Shown: positions 18,776-28,710 of the stretch, one piece after another
Numbering within the stretch: the stretch's first letter is position 1
How the letters are laid out: each line of letters starts with the position of its first letter
Origin: an uncultured Alphaproteobacteria bacterium
Lineage (GTDB): Bacteria > Pseudomonadota > Alphaproteobacteria > Rs-D84
Direction: 5' to 3'
DNA length: 64,000 nt
Assembly (NCBI GenBank): GCA_944393245.1
Contig: CALXZM010000003.1
Span: 103,838 to 167,837, forward strand
The notes under the pieces: model-generated
What the model was told of the DNA's origin: nothing
Seen by the model: the letters and a program-made list of their open reading frames with translations, nothing else
The model's database searches: none
Translations under genes and position numbers: made by a program

Positions 18776-19444
18776 ATGAACTGGAAAAGAGTTATTGGGG
18801 TCAGTGCCGGTGTAATCGGTGCGATTGCCGTAATATTTTGTGTAAAAGAATGCAGGGATAACAGTGTAACAGAACAGGTTCAGGATGCACGTAATACCAT
18901 CAATGAGGCAATAACGCAAATTGATGCAGTGCGCAAGCAAAATGATTCTTTGCGTAATGAAACGGCAAAATGGCAAGATTCTGTTGATTTTTACAAGAAA
19001 AATTTGGCTGACTGTGAAAAAAGCAAACAGAAAACTCAGCACAAGCCTGTAAATACTAAACCAGCTAGTACAAACAAGCCAGCCGTGGAAAAAGACACTG
19101 TTTGGATTGTAAAAGAAACTGTGCGTGGAAATGGGTCTGATAACACACACACCACAACAATTCGTATGGAACAAAATACACGCAATAATGAAAATATTGT
19201 TGTGCAAAATGAAAAAGAAGCAGGCAGTGATACTGAAATTGTCCTGGGGCAGGGTGCCGTAAATGACGGTAACATCATTGTTAATAACGGTGGCCATGTC
19301 CATATCGATGGTAATAAACAGGCGGTTGATTCACTGCGTGTGGTGGTTGATTCACTGAAACAGGGTGCGTCAAAAACATTTGCGGCGTCTGCCAGCAGTG
19401 TGGTTGTTGTTAAAAAAGTACAAACATATAAACGTACCCGTTAA
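18776..19444 (+). CDS. Membrane-anchored coiled-coil hypothetical protein
   Basis: AAGGA RBS before MNWKRVIGVSAGVIGAIAVIFCV (single TM); coiled-coil; Asn/Val-rich C-terminus. No family recognised. Confidence 0.5.
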   Translation: MNWKRVIGVSAGVIGAIAVIFCVKECRDNSVTEQVQDARNTINEAITQIDAVRKQNDSLRNETAKWQDSVDFYKKNLADCEKSKQKTQHKPVNTKPASTNKPAVEKDTVWIVKETVRGNGSDNTHTTTIRMEQNTRNNENIVVQNEKEAGSDTEIVLGQGAVNDGNIIVNNGGHVHIDGNKQAVDSLRVVVDSLKQGASKTFAASASSVVVVKKVQTYKRTR

Positions 19445-19570
19445 TACATATATATTTATAGTATGTATAATGAACCCGGCTGATATTTCAGCCGGGTTTT
19501 GTTATATAGTTTTTTTCTGGACATATAATTTGATTGTATGTTAAGATATTTTGTACAGAGAGAATTGTTC

Positions 19571-22500
19571 ATGAAGTACATCAGATTATTACTGTTTGCA
19601 TTGTTTTTAATTCCGGCGGGTTCCGCGGTTGCGGCGGTTTCTGTGCCAAATAATGATTTTTTGGTTGCGGCGCAATTGTTGGCTGCGGCAAAAAATGCCG
19701 ATATTCAACAGGTGCAAAATTTAATAAATGCGGGTGCTGATATCAATTATGTTGACAGTACGGGGTTGTCGTTGGTTTGTACCGCGCTGATGAATAATGA
19801 TGTGCGGGCGGCGCAAATTTTACAAATGTATGGTGCGGATGCGTCACAATGTGACAGGCAAATTAAGCAATACGAATCGCGAACACAACCAACGGAAAGT
19901 GGGGGACTGTTCAGCGGATTATCCTCCGCCCAGACGATATCTTTGGCGGCGGCGGGGGCCGCCGTTGTTGTAGGTGGACTGTTTTTGTTGACGGACTGGT
20001 TGGATCCAGGAAATGAAAACGACAGTGGTTCATCATCTGGCAATCGGCCAAACGGTGGCGGTGATGGTGGTGGTGATAATGGCGGGGCCACGGCGGGGGC
20101 GGAAATTCCCGTGGGACCAGCATATTTTACATCTGATGGCGAAATTGCGTATTCAACGGCCAAGTATCAGGAAAATCTGGCACAATGGGATCCGTCGGTT
20201 GGCGGGGTGCGTGAAGCGGACTTTAATTATTTCCGCCCAACAACACAGCCGGCAAATAATTATATTGTTGATGGCATTTTGTTGCCGTTGCAAAACTATT
20301 TACTGATAATGCATGGTTATTCGTCGTTTGCAAACGGATATATGGGGCAATACACCTTTCGTGACGGTAACAGGGCACCACAAAAGGTTTTGAACACAAC
20401 CGGTGGTGGAAAACCAATTCGTACGGCATTAATTACCGCCAATGGTGTAAATCCAGCGGGATCGGCCGGGCGGTCTGTGGATGGTATTGCATGGTCCAGT
20501 TCAACTGCGGCTGATGCAAATACTGGGGCATATGATAAATATGCGAATTATAATGATCCATCTGGGGGAAATTTAGGCAGCGAATTGGCAAATTTAGGCG
20601 CAAGCAGTGCGTTTGATTTGTCCGGCAGTGGTACCGCAATGAATCCGTTTGCGTCGGCAACAGACAGTGCGTTGGCCAAAATTGTTGCCGGATGGGAAGC
20701 GGGCGGTCGTACACTGGGGGATTTGTATGGATTTGCACCAAACAGCCAGTTGGCAATTTATCGTACCGGAAATGGCAAGGGATGGGTTGATATTGCAGAC
20801 CCAACCAGTGGTGAAAGCGTTGGTGATTTGACTGATTCTGGGGTGGCCGGGGTGGCTGGAAAAATTAACCCGGGTGATACAATTACGTTTAATGGAAAAA
20901 CTTATACTATTTCATCTGCGCTGGACGATGCGGGGGTTACAAATCCAACAATTACAATAAATGGCAAAGTTTATAAACTGGGGCCTGGCAGTACCCTATT
21001 AAAGGGAACCTGTACCGGGGAAGAGGAAGAGTGTACTGATGTGTCTGATATTGCCATATATCAGGGTACGGACGGGTTTTATTATTTTAATACCACGGGC
21101 GGGGATACCGTTGACGGGGTGTATATGATTGATGAAAACAAGATATATGCACAAAAGGAATTAAAAGATATTGATATCAAGACTTTTGAAGCATTATATA
21201 ACATGCCAAAGGTTTATGAAATTGGTGATACAAATGGTTTGGCGTCAATTGCTGTAACTGTATTGAATCCAAAATCACGCGATATTTCATATATGAATGT
21301 GGGTGGGGTTGAATCGTATATTTCTGTTGCTGCGAATGGAAATGGCCGTACTGGATTTATGAATTTAGTTAATAATTATTATGAAAAAGATTCATCCGAC
21401 CCGCAAACACAGGGACAGTATGCGAATGCTGTATTGGGGAATTACGTTGCTGGAATGCCAATATTAATTATGCCGGCCGGCGAATTTGAATATGGTTTAG
21501 GTGACGGTAAATCAATGGATGTATTGGATGCAACGTTTGAAAACTATGCGCCCGCAATTTATACTAATTTGGAACATTTGTTCATGACGGTTGTGGCGGT
21601 ACAACATTCCAAGGGGACATCGGCCACGGACAGCATTGGTGATTATGGTAATGGCACTGGTGAAGATTTTGGACCGTTGTATTTATCAATGTGGACGGAC
21701 AATAACGGTACGCCCGATGATACCAGTGATGATATTACATATTCTTCACGTAAATGTGGTATTGCAGGACTGGGGGTAAATGGTGTTGATCCGTGGTGTT
21801 TTTCTGCCGCCGGGCCGAACGCAGAAATGGCGACCGCGTCCGCGGCTGGTGCTGTGACCGCGTTAAAGGGGGCGTTCCCTTATATGAATAATGGTGATAT
21901 TTTCACTTTGATGGCGTTGACTGCGGATGGGCCGTATTTGGGCACTGACAGTGCGGGCAAGGCGTTTACGATTGATGGGTTGGTTTCTTACTTAAAATCG
22001 ATGTATTCATTGCCGCCTGATTATCATGCTGATCAATTAACAGGCCAGGATTATTTGGATGCCTTTGCCGAAGTTTACGGTTACGGTATGATAAACCTGG
22101 AACGTGCAATGACGCCCGGTAACAAGATTTATTATTATGACGGAAACAGCATTGTTTCTGGTAACGGAAATGCATATTGGCGTGCGGCGTCGGGTACAAT
22201 GTTCCGGGCGTCGTCCGCGTTCAGTCCCAGTACCGCGACAATTAGCGCGCCGTTCTTTGACATATTGGAAAGTGTGAATGGTGATATGTCGATGCCGCGT
22301 GTTTGGAAAAATGAATTTGCGTTGGGTGTTACCGACAAGCGCGGGTTGTATATGGGTGACGTATTGGGTGAATTCAAAACTCGTAATGACGCCCCGCAAC
22401 GTGTACAGTTTGGCAAATTTGGTTTTTCAATGGCAATATCTGAAAAGCCATATGCGGATAATTTGAATGGTTTGGATAATATTCGTTTGGATTATACGTC

Positions 22501-23350
22501 TGGCAATTGGAACTTTGCGGCCGGGTATCAACGCCATTTTACCGATGGGGCATCACGCTTTGATGGTATGTCTAATCCTATTTTGGGATTGACGTCAAAT
22601 GCGGTGACATCGGATGTTGCGTATAATATGGGGCGTTGGTCGTTTGGGGCACGTGCGTTTTCGGGGGCAATTACCGATGAAACAATGTTGGACAGTGACC
22701 CGACCATTTCATCACAATATTTGCCTGCACGCCTGGGGTTAATGCAGGGGGCGCAATCAGATATCGCATGGCAGGGTGATAAATTTGGATTTACAACATC
22801 AATTGGTGCCGCGCACGAAAATAATACTTTGTTGGGGGCGATGTCTGGTGGTTTGTTGGATATGGGCAATGGGGATACAGTATATGTTGATTCTGAATTT
22901 CGGTACAGCCCAGCGGAAAATGTTATGCTGACCATGCGGTCAACATTTGCACGTACCACCACAGATGCCAGTGGCCAATTTATATTGGGAATGACTGACA
23001 TTTATTCAAATGCGTTCGCGTTTGGTGTTGATGCCGGTAATTTCAGTTTCAGTGTATCACAACCGTTGGGGGTCAGTAATGGTAATTTGATGTATCCGCA
23101 TGCTGAATATGAAATTATTGATTTAGGGGATGGCAAATATGATTTGGCAATAAATAATTTGCATATTGAAAATCTGGATTTAAGCCCAGATAAACGTGAA
23201 GTGCGCTTTACCGGTGCATATCGTCATAATTTTGGTGAATTTACAGATGGTGCAGTTGGGTTTATTTATCGTGTAAATCCTAATAATACAGATGTGTTTG
23301 GTAATGAATCCATATTTATGATGAAAATGACGCATCGATTGGGCATATAA
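19571..23350 (+). CDS. Very large exported protein (~1259 aa): N-terminal ankyrin-like repeat, Gly/Asp-rich linker, possible degenerate subtilase-like segment, C-terminal beta-barrel-like region
   Basis: Signal peptide MKYIRLLLFALFLIPAGSAVAA. LLAAAKNADIQQVQNLINAGADINYVDSTGLSLVCTALMNNDVRAAQILQMYGADA fits ANK consensus. GPNAEMATASAAGAVTALKGAFP resembles the S8 GTSMAAP..AG motif with the Ser replaced. Last ~300 aa have alternating amphipathic strands. Hairpin terminator 23362-23400. Confidence 0.55.
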   Translation: MKYIRLLLFALFLIPAGSAVAAVSVPNNDFLVAAQLLAAAKNADIQQVQNLINAGADINYVDSTGLSLVCTALMNNDVRAAQILQMYGADASQCDRQIKQYESRTQPTESGGLFSGLSSAQTISLAAAGAAVVVGGLFLLTDWLDPGNENDSGSSSGNRPNGGGDGGGDNGGATAGAEIPVGPAYFTSDGEIAYSTAKYQENLAQWDPSVGGVREADFNYFRPTTQPANNYIVDGILLPLQNYLLIMHGYSSFANGYMGQYTFRDGNRAPQKVLNTTGGGKPIRTALITANGVNPAGSAGRSVDGIAWSSSTAADANTGAYDKYANYNDPSGGNLGSELANLGASSAFDLSGSGTAMNPFASATDSALAKIVAGWEAGGRTLGDLYGFAPNSQLAIYRTGNGKGWVDIADPTSGESVGDLTDSGVAGVAGKINPGDTITFNGKTYTISSALDDAGVTNPTITINGKVYKLGPGSTLLKGTCTGEEEECTDVSDIAIYQGTDGFYYFNTTGGDTVDGVYMIDENKIYAQKELKDIDIKTFEALYNMPKVYEIGDTNGLASIAVTVLNPKSRDISYMNVGGVESYISVAANGNGRTGFMNLVNNYYEKDSSDPQTQGQYANAVLGNYVAGMPILIMPAGEFEYGLGDGKSMDVLDATFENYAPAIYTNLEHLFMTVVAVQHSKGTSATDSIGDYGNGTGEDFGPLYLSMWTDNNGTPDDTSDDITYSSRKCGIAGLGVNGVDPWCFSAAGPNAEMATASAAGAVTALKGAFPYMNNGDIFTLMALTADGPYLGTDSAGKAFTIDGLVSYLKSMYSLPPDYHADQLTGQDYLDAFAEVYGYGMINLERAMTPGNKIYYYDGNSIVSGNGNAYWRAASGTMFRASSAFSPSTATISAPFFDILESVNGDMSMPRVWKNEFALGVTDKRGLYMGDVLGEFKTRNDAPQRVQFGKFGFSMAISEKPYADNLNGLDNIRLDYTSGNWNFAAGYQRHFTDGASRFDGMSNPILGLTSNAVTSDVAYNMGRWSFGARAFSGAITDETMLDSDPTISSQYLPARLGLMQGAQSDIAWQGDKFGFTTSIGAAHENNTLLGAMSGGLLDMGNGDTVYVDSEFRYSPAENVMLTMRSTFARTTTDASGQFILGMTDIYSNAFAFGVDAGNFSFSVSQPLGVSNGNLMYPHAEYEIIDLGDGKYDLAINNLHIENLDLSPDKREVRFTGAYRHNFGEFTDGAVGFIYRVNPNNTDVFGNESIFMMKMTHRLGI

Positions 23351-23472
23351 TATTGGTTGTATCCCCCCCGCATATTGTAAGTGTGCGGGGGGAATTTTTG
23401 TTAAATATATACTTGATAAACATTTTTTTTGGTGTAAGATATGTTGACAAAAAATAAAAAGGGTAAAATATT

Positions 23473-23892
23473 ATGAAAATAGTACAAACAATCAAGGATT
23501 ATTTTGCACCTGCATACAGTAAACGTTTCGCAAACCCTGTCGAAGATATATGTGTGTTGGGAAATTTATGTAGTAATTCTTTATATTTAACGGCAAACAA
23601 CGGAAAAGGGTATTATTATTTTTTCCCAAAAGCACCAAGTCAAATCAAAGTTGCTAAATATTTGTTTAATAGAAATGGTGTTCCCGTTAAAATACATTAC
23701 AGCAAATATTATATGGGTGTGCAAACAAAGGTGTTGCGTATTCAGAATAAACAAATGGCTGCTGATAAAAAGGTTAAAGATTTTGTTTATAACGTGGATA
23801 TGGCTGCAAAAAATTCTGCAAGCTTTACGAAACAACAATTGGCTGAAAAATTGGTGTTATTAAATAAACAAATGAATGGCAAATCAAAATAA
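23473..23892 (+). CDS. Hypothetical protein (139 aa), Lys/Tyr-rich
   Basis: ORF with downstream hairpin terminator 23891-23916. No recognisable domain. Confidence 0.4.
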   Translation: MKIVQTIKDYFAPAYSKRFANPVEDICVLGNLCSNSLYLTANNGKGYYYFFPKAPSQIKVAKYLFNRNGVPVKIHYSKYYMGVQTKVLRIQNKQMAADKKVKDFVYNVDMAAKNSASFTKQQLAEKLVLLNKQMNGKSK

Positions 23893-23937
23893 AAACCGCC
23901 CAACTGGGCGGTTTTTATTGTAATTTCCAAAATATAA

Positions 23938-23967
23938 TTGACGTACCCTGGAATTTTTGGGTAAAAT
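23938..23967 (+). promoter_or_regulatory. Sigma70-like promoter TTGACG-17-TAAAAT upstream of the invertible leader
   Basis: ttgacg(23938-43) + 17 bp + taaaat(23962-67). A near-identical promoter recurs at 39580-39609. Confidence 0.5.
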
Positions 23968-23980
23968 AAAATCGAACAAA

Positions 23981-24085
23981 TGCCTAATACAAACCAACGA
24001 TTGCATTAGGCATATTTATTTTTGTAACAATCCCGGATTTCTGCATTTTATTCTCCCCTTTCGTGCCTAATGCAATCGTTGGTTT
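23981..24085. promoter_or_regulatory. Putative invertible leader switch: perfect 22-bp inverted repeats (23991-24012 / 24064-24085) flanking a 51-bp cassette (24013-24063) that encodes RBS+ATG+11 codons. Currently OFF for the downstream gene
   Basis: rc(aaaccaacgattgcattaggca) = tgcctaatgcaatcgttggttt. The cassette is identical (51/51) to 39488-39538, where it is in the productive orientation for gene 38592-39521. Confidence 0.6.
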
Positions 24086-24983
24086 GTGTGCGGTTGTTTT
24101 GGTTGGATTTGGGGTTACATCAACCGCGCTTGGGGCGGGCTTTCGCGATGGGGGAACCAGCAGTGTGTATACATGTCAGGCACCGGGTATGGGTACTGTA
24201 ACGGGATGGGACCCAACCAATTGGTCCCAGGCACCAATTGAATATGGCGCACGCAGTGAATTAAGCAGTCAGGATGCAATACCAAATTGCAAAACAACAG
24301 AAGTAATTTCATATATATCAGATTCGCGCGTAGGCGCATCAAAGAGAAATTCTTGTGCGAAATGTAATACTGGATACCGTTTGGTATCGTATACCGCGCC
24401 ATCAATAAGACAACCCGATTGTATCGTTACATGGGAAGAATGTGAAAAGGATGAATTACCAGACGATCCCCTGGAACTGTGTCCAGATGAGTGTAAAATG
24501 TTGGGGGGCTGGATGGATGTGCCCAAACAAACCGGCCTTCAAACGCAATGTGATCCACTGGAACAAAAGTGTTTATACAGATGTGGCCCAGGTTATTATA
24601 ATGCGGCTTTATCTATTGGGACAATGTGTCAGCCGTGCCCAGATAATGTGCTATCCACATCTTGTGCTGGTGGTGCAGATTACAATTCTGTATGCTGTGA
24701 ACGTGGATATTACAGACAGACCATAACAAGAAACACATCAACTGGGCTGATAATTAGGTATAAAGATGTTACATGTCCGCGTTGTCCGTCGTTGGGTGGG
24801 GTGTATGGAACAACACCGATGAATCAGTGTGTGTCATCTATTACAGCATGTTATATTCCGGCAAATACACCAATAAAAAGCACGCCGGGAACTTATGTAT
24901 TTACCAATGATTGTGATTATTCCACGACTGCTGCTGGCACAGGTACTGTAACGCCAGTTCAGCCAGATGTGGCAAATCCATAG
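24063..24983 (+). CDS. Small secreted Cys-rich protein, family member A (306 aa). As assembled it has a GTG start and no RBS (switch OFF)
   Basis: N-terminus PNAIVGLCAVVLVGFGVTSTALGAGFRDGGTSSVYTCQAPG is near-identical to 38592-39521. 24 Cys. C-terminal ACYIPANT...GTYVFTNDCDY motif is shared by all three family members. Confidence 0.65.
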   Translation: MPNAIVGLCAVVLVGFGVTSTALGAGFRDGGTSSVYTCQAPGMGTVTGWDPTNWSQAPIEYGARSELSSQDAIPNCKTTEVISYISDSRVGASKRNSCAKCNTGYRLVSYTAPSIRQPDCIVTWEECEKDELPDDPLELCPDECKMLGGWMDVPKQTGLQTQCDPLEQKCLYRCGPGYYNAALSIGTMCQPCPDNVLSTSCAGGADYNSVCCERGYYRQTITRNTSTGLIIRYKDVTCPRCPSLGGVYGTTPMNQCVSSITACYIPANTPIKSTPGTYVFTNDCDYSTTAAGTGTVTPVQPDVANP

Positions 24984-25070
24984 TAAACAAAATAAAAATA
25001 TTTATGTGTAATTTTAGTTTGTGTAAATAATAAACCGCCCCGCATTGCGGGGCGATTTATTATGCAAATA

Positions 25071-25631
25071 TTATTTACACACAACAACCATTGCCGTGCG
25101 TAAAACAGTGTCGCCAAACATATATCCCGGTTGTAATTCATCAATAATAGTATTTGGGGCAGGTTTTGGGTTCGCGTCCGCCGGGGCGTCTGTGACCTGA
25201 ATCGCATTGTGAAATTTCGGATTCATAATTTGCCCAATCGATTCGATTTTAGTAATTCCGACCTGGGTAAATGCGTCGTTCATGGCCATTGCCATCGATT
25301 TTATGCCGTCGTCATTTGGGGAATGTTTTTGGGCGGCCTCTATGGCGTCCATGACCGGTAAAAACTTTTTGGCAACGGACATTGCACGATTGCGTGCACT
25401 TGATTCTATATCCAATGCTGCGCGACGACGTGTGTTTTCTAGTTCCGCCGCCAGGCGCAAAAATTTATCAGTTAATTCAGCAATTTGTGCGTTTAGTTTT
25501 TCTGTTTCTGATTCTGTTTCCGGCGTTTGGGTGGTATTGTCTTTATCCGCATTATCATTTGATACAGGCGTTTCATTTTTATCTGTATCTGAAACGGAAA
25601 CAGTGTCTATTTTTACGTCTTTTTCGTCCAT
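25071..25631 (-). CDS. grpE: Nucleotide exchange factor GrpE
   Basis: Acidic N-terminus, coiled-coil LAAELENTRRRAALDIESS, C-terminal IDELQPGYMFGDTVLRTAMVVV. Confidence 0.9.
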   Translation of the reverse strand: MDEKDVKIDTVSVSDTDKNETPVSNDNADKDNTTQTPETESETEKLNAQIAELTDKFLRLAAELENTRRRAALDIESSARNRAMSVAKKFLPVMDAIEAAQKHSPNDDGIKSMAMAMNDAFTQVGITKIESIGQIMNPKFHNAIQVTDAPADANPKPAPNTIIDELQPGYMFGDTVLRTAMVVVCK

Positions 25632-25704
25632 TGGTTCACCTGTTGTGTAATAGCCCCGGGAAACGCGGGATACGCGCGCGCCCCGGGTCTGTTTTAATAT
25701 AAAC

Positions 25705-26409
25705 TTATTTTACGCTGGTTATTATAGGTATGAAGTCGTCCGGTTTCAAGGATGCACCACCAACCAATACACCATCAACATTTGCAATGGACATGATGTC
25801 GGCGGCATTGTTGCCCTTTACACTGGCACCGTATAAAATGGGCGTATTATGCATTCCCATATCTGCCAATGTATCCGCAATTAATTTGTGGGCTGTTGCG
25901 ATTTCCGCCGTCGTTGGGGTTAATCCCGCCCCAATTGCCCAACGTGGTTCGTATGCAATGATAATATCGCCAGTGGTGTCATTGGGTACTGATTCACGTA
26001 CACCCGATTCGATAACAGACATTGTTTGGCCAGATTGTTTTTCATCCATCGTTTCGCCAACGCATATAATCGGGGTTAATCCAGCCGATAATGCAGATGC
26101 GGCCTTGGCATGGACAATTGCGTTCGTTTCACTGTGATATTGGCGACGTTCGCTGTGCCCGACAATAACATATTTTGCGCCGGTGTCTGCAATCATTTGC
26201 GCGGAAACTTCACCAGTATATGCGCCATGGTCGTGGGCACTGACATCCTGGGCACCCAAATTGACGCGGCCGCCGTCCATGCACAACATGGTATATGGAA
26301 CACACAAAATAACGGTGTTTTCGGTATTTATGGTTTGTAATGCTGTAATCATTTTAACCAGGTCTGTGCGTGAACCGTTCATTTTCCAATTGCCGGCAAT
26401 AATTTTCAT
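25705..26409 (-). CDS. tpiA: Triosephosphate isomerase
   Basis: IIAGNWKMNG, GHSERR, AYEPRWAIGAG, LYGASV motifs. Confidence 0.93.
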   Translation of the reverse strand: MKIIAGNWKMNGSRTDLVKMITALQTINTENTVILCVPYTMLCMDGGRVNLGAQDVSAHDHGAYTGEVSAQMIADTGAKYVIVGHSERRQYHSETNAIVHAKAASALSAGLTPIICVGETMDEKQSGQTMSVIESGVRESVPNDTTGDIIIAYEPRWAIGAGLTPTTAEIATAHKLIADTLADMGMHNTPILYGASVKGNNAADIMSIANVDGVLVGGASLKPDDFIPIITSVK

Positions 26410-26478
26410 TGAAAAATCCCCTTTTTTTCATTGATTTTTTTGATATTGTTTTGCTATGGTATCGCAAAAGGGGATTAA

Positions 26479-27891
26479 ATGCTAGAATATTTACGTAATG
26501 CGGCGGATAAACCGCTGGCAAAGATTTTGATTGGAATTTTGGCGTTTTCTTTTGTCGGATGGGGTGTTGCCGAATGGATTTTTGGTGGCAGTGCCAGTGA
26601 TACGACTTTGGTACGCGTTGGAAATTCCGATATCACAATACAGCAATTTAGTTTGGAAAAATCGCGCGAATTGGCGTTAATGACGCGTGATATGCAACGT
26701 GAAACATATGCCGATCCGGAATTAATGGATGCGCTGAATAATAATGTTTTGTCCACTTTATCGGGCCAGGCAATGGCCGATAATCGGGCGGATGATTTGG
26801 GATTCGTGGTATCGGATGCACAAATTGCACGTGAAATTCGTGAATTTCCAGAATTTCAAATAGATGGGCAATTTTCCACATACGCATTTGACAATGTTTT
26901 GATGAACAGCGGATATAGCGAGGCCGCATTCGCAGACGTTCTGCGTCGCCAGGTTTTGCGCGGGTACACATTGGGTGCGATGTCCGTGCCATTGAATGTG
27001 CCTGATTTTGCCGTAATGGCCGCATATAATGCACGATATGGGCAACGCCAGATAGATTTTGCAACTGTTGATTTTGACGATTTTGATGTTGGTACCCCAA
27101 CTGTGGAACAATTGCGGGCTTTTTATGATCAAAATCCGCACGTTGTCCCGGAACAACGTACTGTTTCATATGTTCTGATTCCGGCGGAAATGGATACACC
27201 GGACAGTTATGATGCCGCGTATGAACGCGCCATATTGGTCGAAGATGATATTATCGCGGGTGATACAATGGCTGATGCGGCGAAAAAACATGACGCAAAA
27301 TATGTTGCGCTGGGGACTTTTGATGCGGACAATCGGCCGGTGGATGAAATTTTAACCGATAAAATGATGAACCGTATTTTTGATATGGAAGAGGGTCTGG
27401 AAAGCGAACTGTTGGAAACCAAACAGGGATTTTTGATTGTGCGTGTTGATAAAATAATTCCATCGCATAATGCTGAATTTGACGCGGTGCGCGATGAATT
27501 AACCGATGGATGGCGTCGTGCCGAACAGCGCAAGCAGGCATATGTGCGTGCCAATGAATTATTGGTTGATTTGAATAAAACTGGTAATTTATCTGGTAAA
27601 AAAACTGTAACTGTTACACGTACATCGGGGGCACCATTGGATGTGTTAAGTGCGGCGTTTAATTCGCCAATCGGAAACAATCAAATTGTAAACGGAACTG
27701 ATAAGTTTTATGTATTGCATACCGAAAAAGAAATTGCCCCAACCATTGATGATAAAAAAATGGCTGATTTAAGGGCTGAAATGGAAAAGGTTTCAAATCG
27801 TGATATTGCCGTTGATTACGAATCGTTTTTAAAACGTACGTATCCGGTAAAGGTAAACGAAAAAGTATTTAACCGTTTCTTTGCACAATAA
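26479..27891 (+). CDS. ppiD: PpiD-like periplasmic chaperone (SurA-N / PPIase-like)
   Basis: N-terminus MLEYLRNAADKPLAKILIGILAFSFVGWGVAEWIFGG typical of PpiD; size 470 aa. Confidence 0.7.
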   Translation: MLEYLRNAADKPLAKILIGILAFSFVGWGVAEWIFGGSASDTTLVRVGNSDITIQQFSLEKSRELALMTRDMQRETYADPELMDALNNNVLSTLSGQAMADNRADDLGFVVSDAQIAREIREFPEFQIDGQFSTYAFDNVLMNSGYSEAAFADVLRRQVLRGYTLGAMSVPLNVPDFAVMAAYNARYGQRQIDFATVDFDDFDVGTPTVEQLRAFYDQNPHVVPEQRTVSYVLIPAEMDTPDSYDAAYERAILVEDDIIAGDTMADAAKKHDAKYVALGTFDADNRPVDEILTDKMMNRIFDMEEGLESELLETKQGFLIVRVDKIIPSHNAEFDAVRDELTDGWRRAEQRKQAYVRANELLVDLNKTGNLSGKKTVTVTRTSGAPLDVLSAAFNSPIGNNQIVNGTDKFYVLHTEKEIAPTIDDKKMADLRAEMEKVSNRDIAVDYESFLKRTYPVKVNEKVFNRFFAQ

Positions 27892-27981
27892 TAAATGTGG
27901 ATTAGTAAAATCGCCGCCCATTTGGGCGGTGTTTTTTTCATAAACTTTTATTATTTGTGAATGTATAATGTCCCCAGAATG

Positions 27982-28632
27982 AAATTGGAATCAAATGGAA
28001 TTTTAATTGCATTGCGGCCGTTGGGTGAACGTGATTCGATTGCGCGTATTTTTACGCCAGATTTTGGATTAATGTGCGGAATGATGCGCGGGGCCCAGGT
28101 CGCACGAAAAAACAGGCCATTGGTCGGGCAATTTGGTGTGGTTGCATGGAATGCGCGGCTGGATTCGCAATTGGGGGTGTTCCATTGGGATGCGGAAAAA
28201 AATATGGCTGCTGTGTTAATGATGTCGCATGAACGGTTGGGATATATGAACAGTGCATTTGCATTGATTGCGGCGATGGTGCCCGAACGTGAACAGTATC
28301 GGGAATTATATAATGAAACTTTGGATTTGTTGCTGAATTTAACAAATGATAATCCGCATGACGCGTATTTGCAGTGGGAAATTATGTTGTTGCGGGAATT
28401 GGGGTATGCGTTAAATTTGAACACGTGTTCTGGGTGTGGAACACATGCTGATTTAGAATATTTGTCGCCACGTACTGGTCGGGCGGTGTGTAAAAATTGT
28501 GCCGTACCTTATATTGGGCGTTTGTATGAATTGCCAATAAATCTGGATATTACACGTGCGTTTCTGGAACGTGTGTGCGTGGCCCAGGGAATTGATTTGC
28601 CACCGGCACGAAAAATGTTGGGGCGGATATAA
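27982..28632 (+). CDS. recO: DNA repair protein RecO
   Basis: N-terminal OB-fold region GILIALRPLGERDSIARIFT; C-terminal Cys4 zinc motif CSGCG...CKNC. Start at MKLESNG; ORF opens at 27961. Confidence 0.85.
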   Translation, partial: KLESNGILIALRPLGERDSIARIFTPDFGLMCGMMRGAQVARKNRPLVGQFGVVAWNARLDSQLGVFHWDAEKNMAAVLMMSHERLGYMNSAFALIAAMVPEREQYRELYNETLDLLLNLTNDNPHDAYLQWEIMLLRELGYALNLNTCSGCGTHADLEYLSPRTGRAVCKNCAVPYIGRLYELPINLDITRAFLERVCVAQGIDLPPARKMLGRI

Positions 28633-28710
28633 ATTGGTTCAATTTATTCCTTGCACAAAGATAATTTTTTGGGTATCGTGTTTTCGTTCAACAGATAAAG
28701 GAGAAAAACT

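Noticed and set aside
22528-23001. 157-aa minus-strand ORF inside the 1270-aa gene
   Set aside because: It is entirely antisense to a well-supported long ORF and has no start context.
23981-24012. Hairpin TGCCTAAT-N16-ATTAGGCA considered simply as a transcription terminator or attenuator
   Set aside because: It has no T-tract and sits downstream of a promoter. Its right arm is part of the 22-bp IR, so it is better explained as part of the recombination-site architecture. An RNA role is not excluded.
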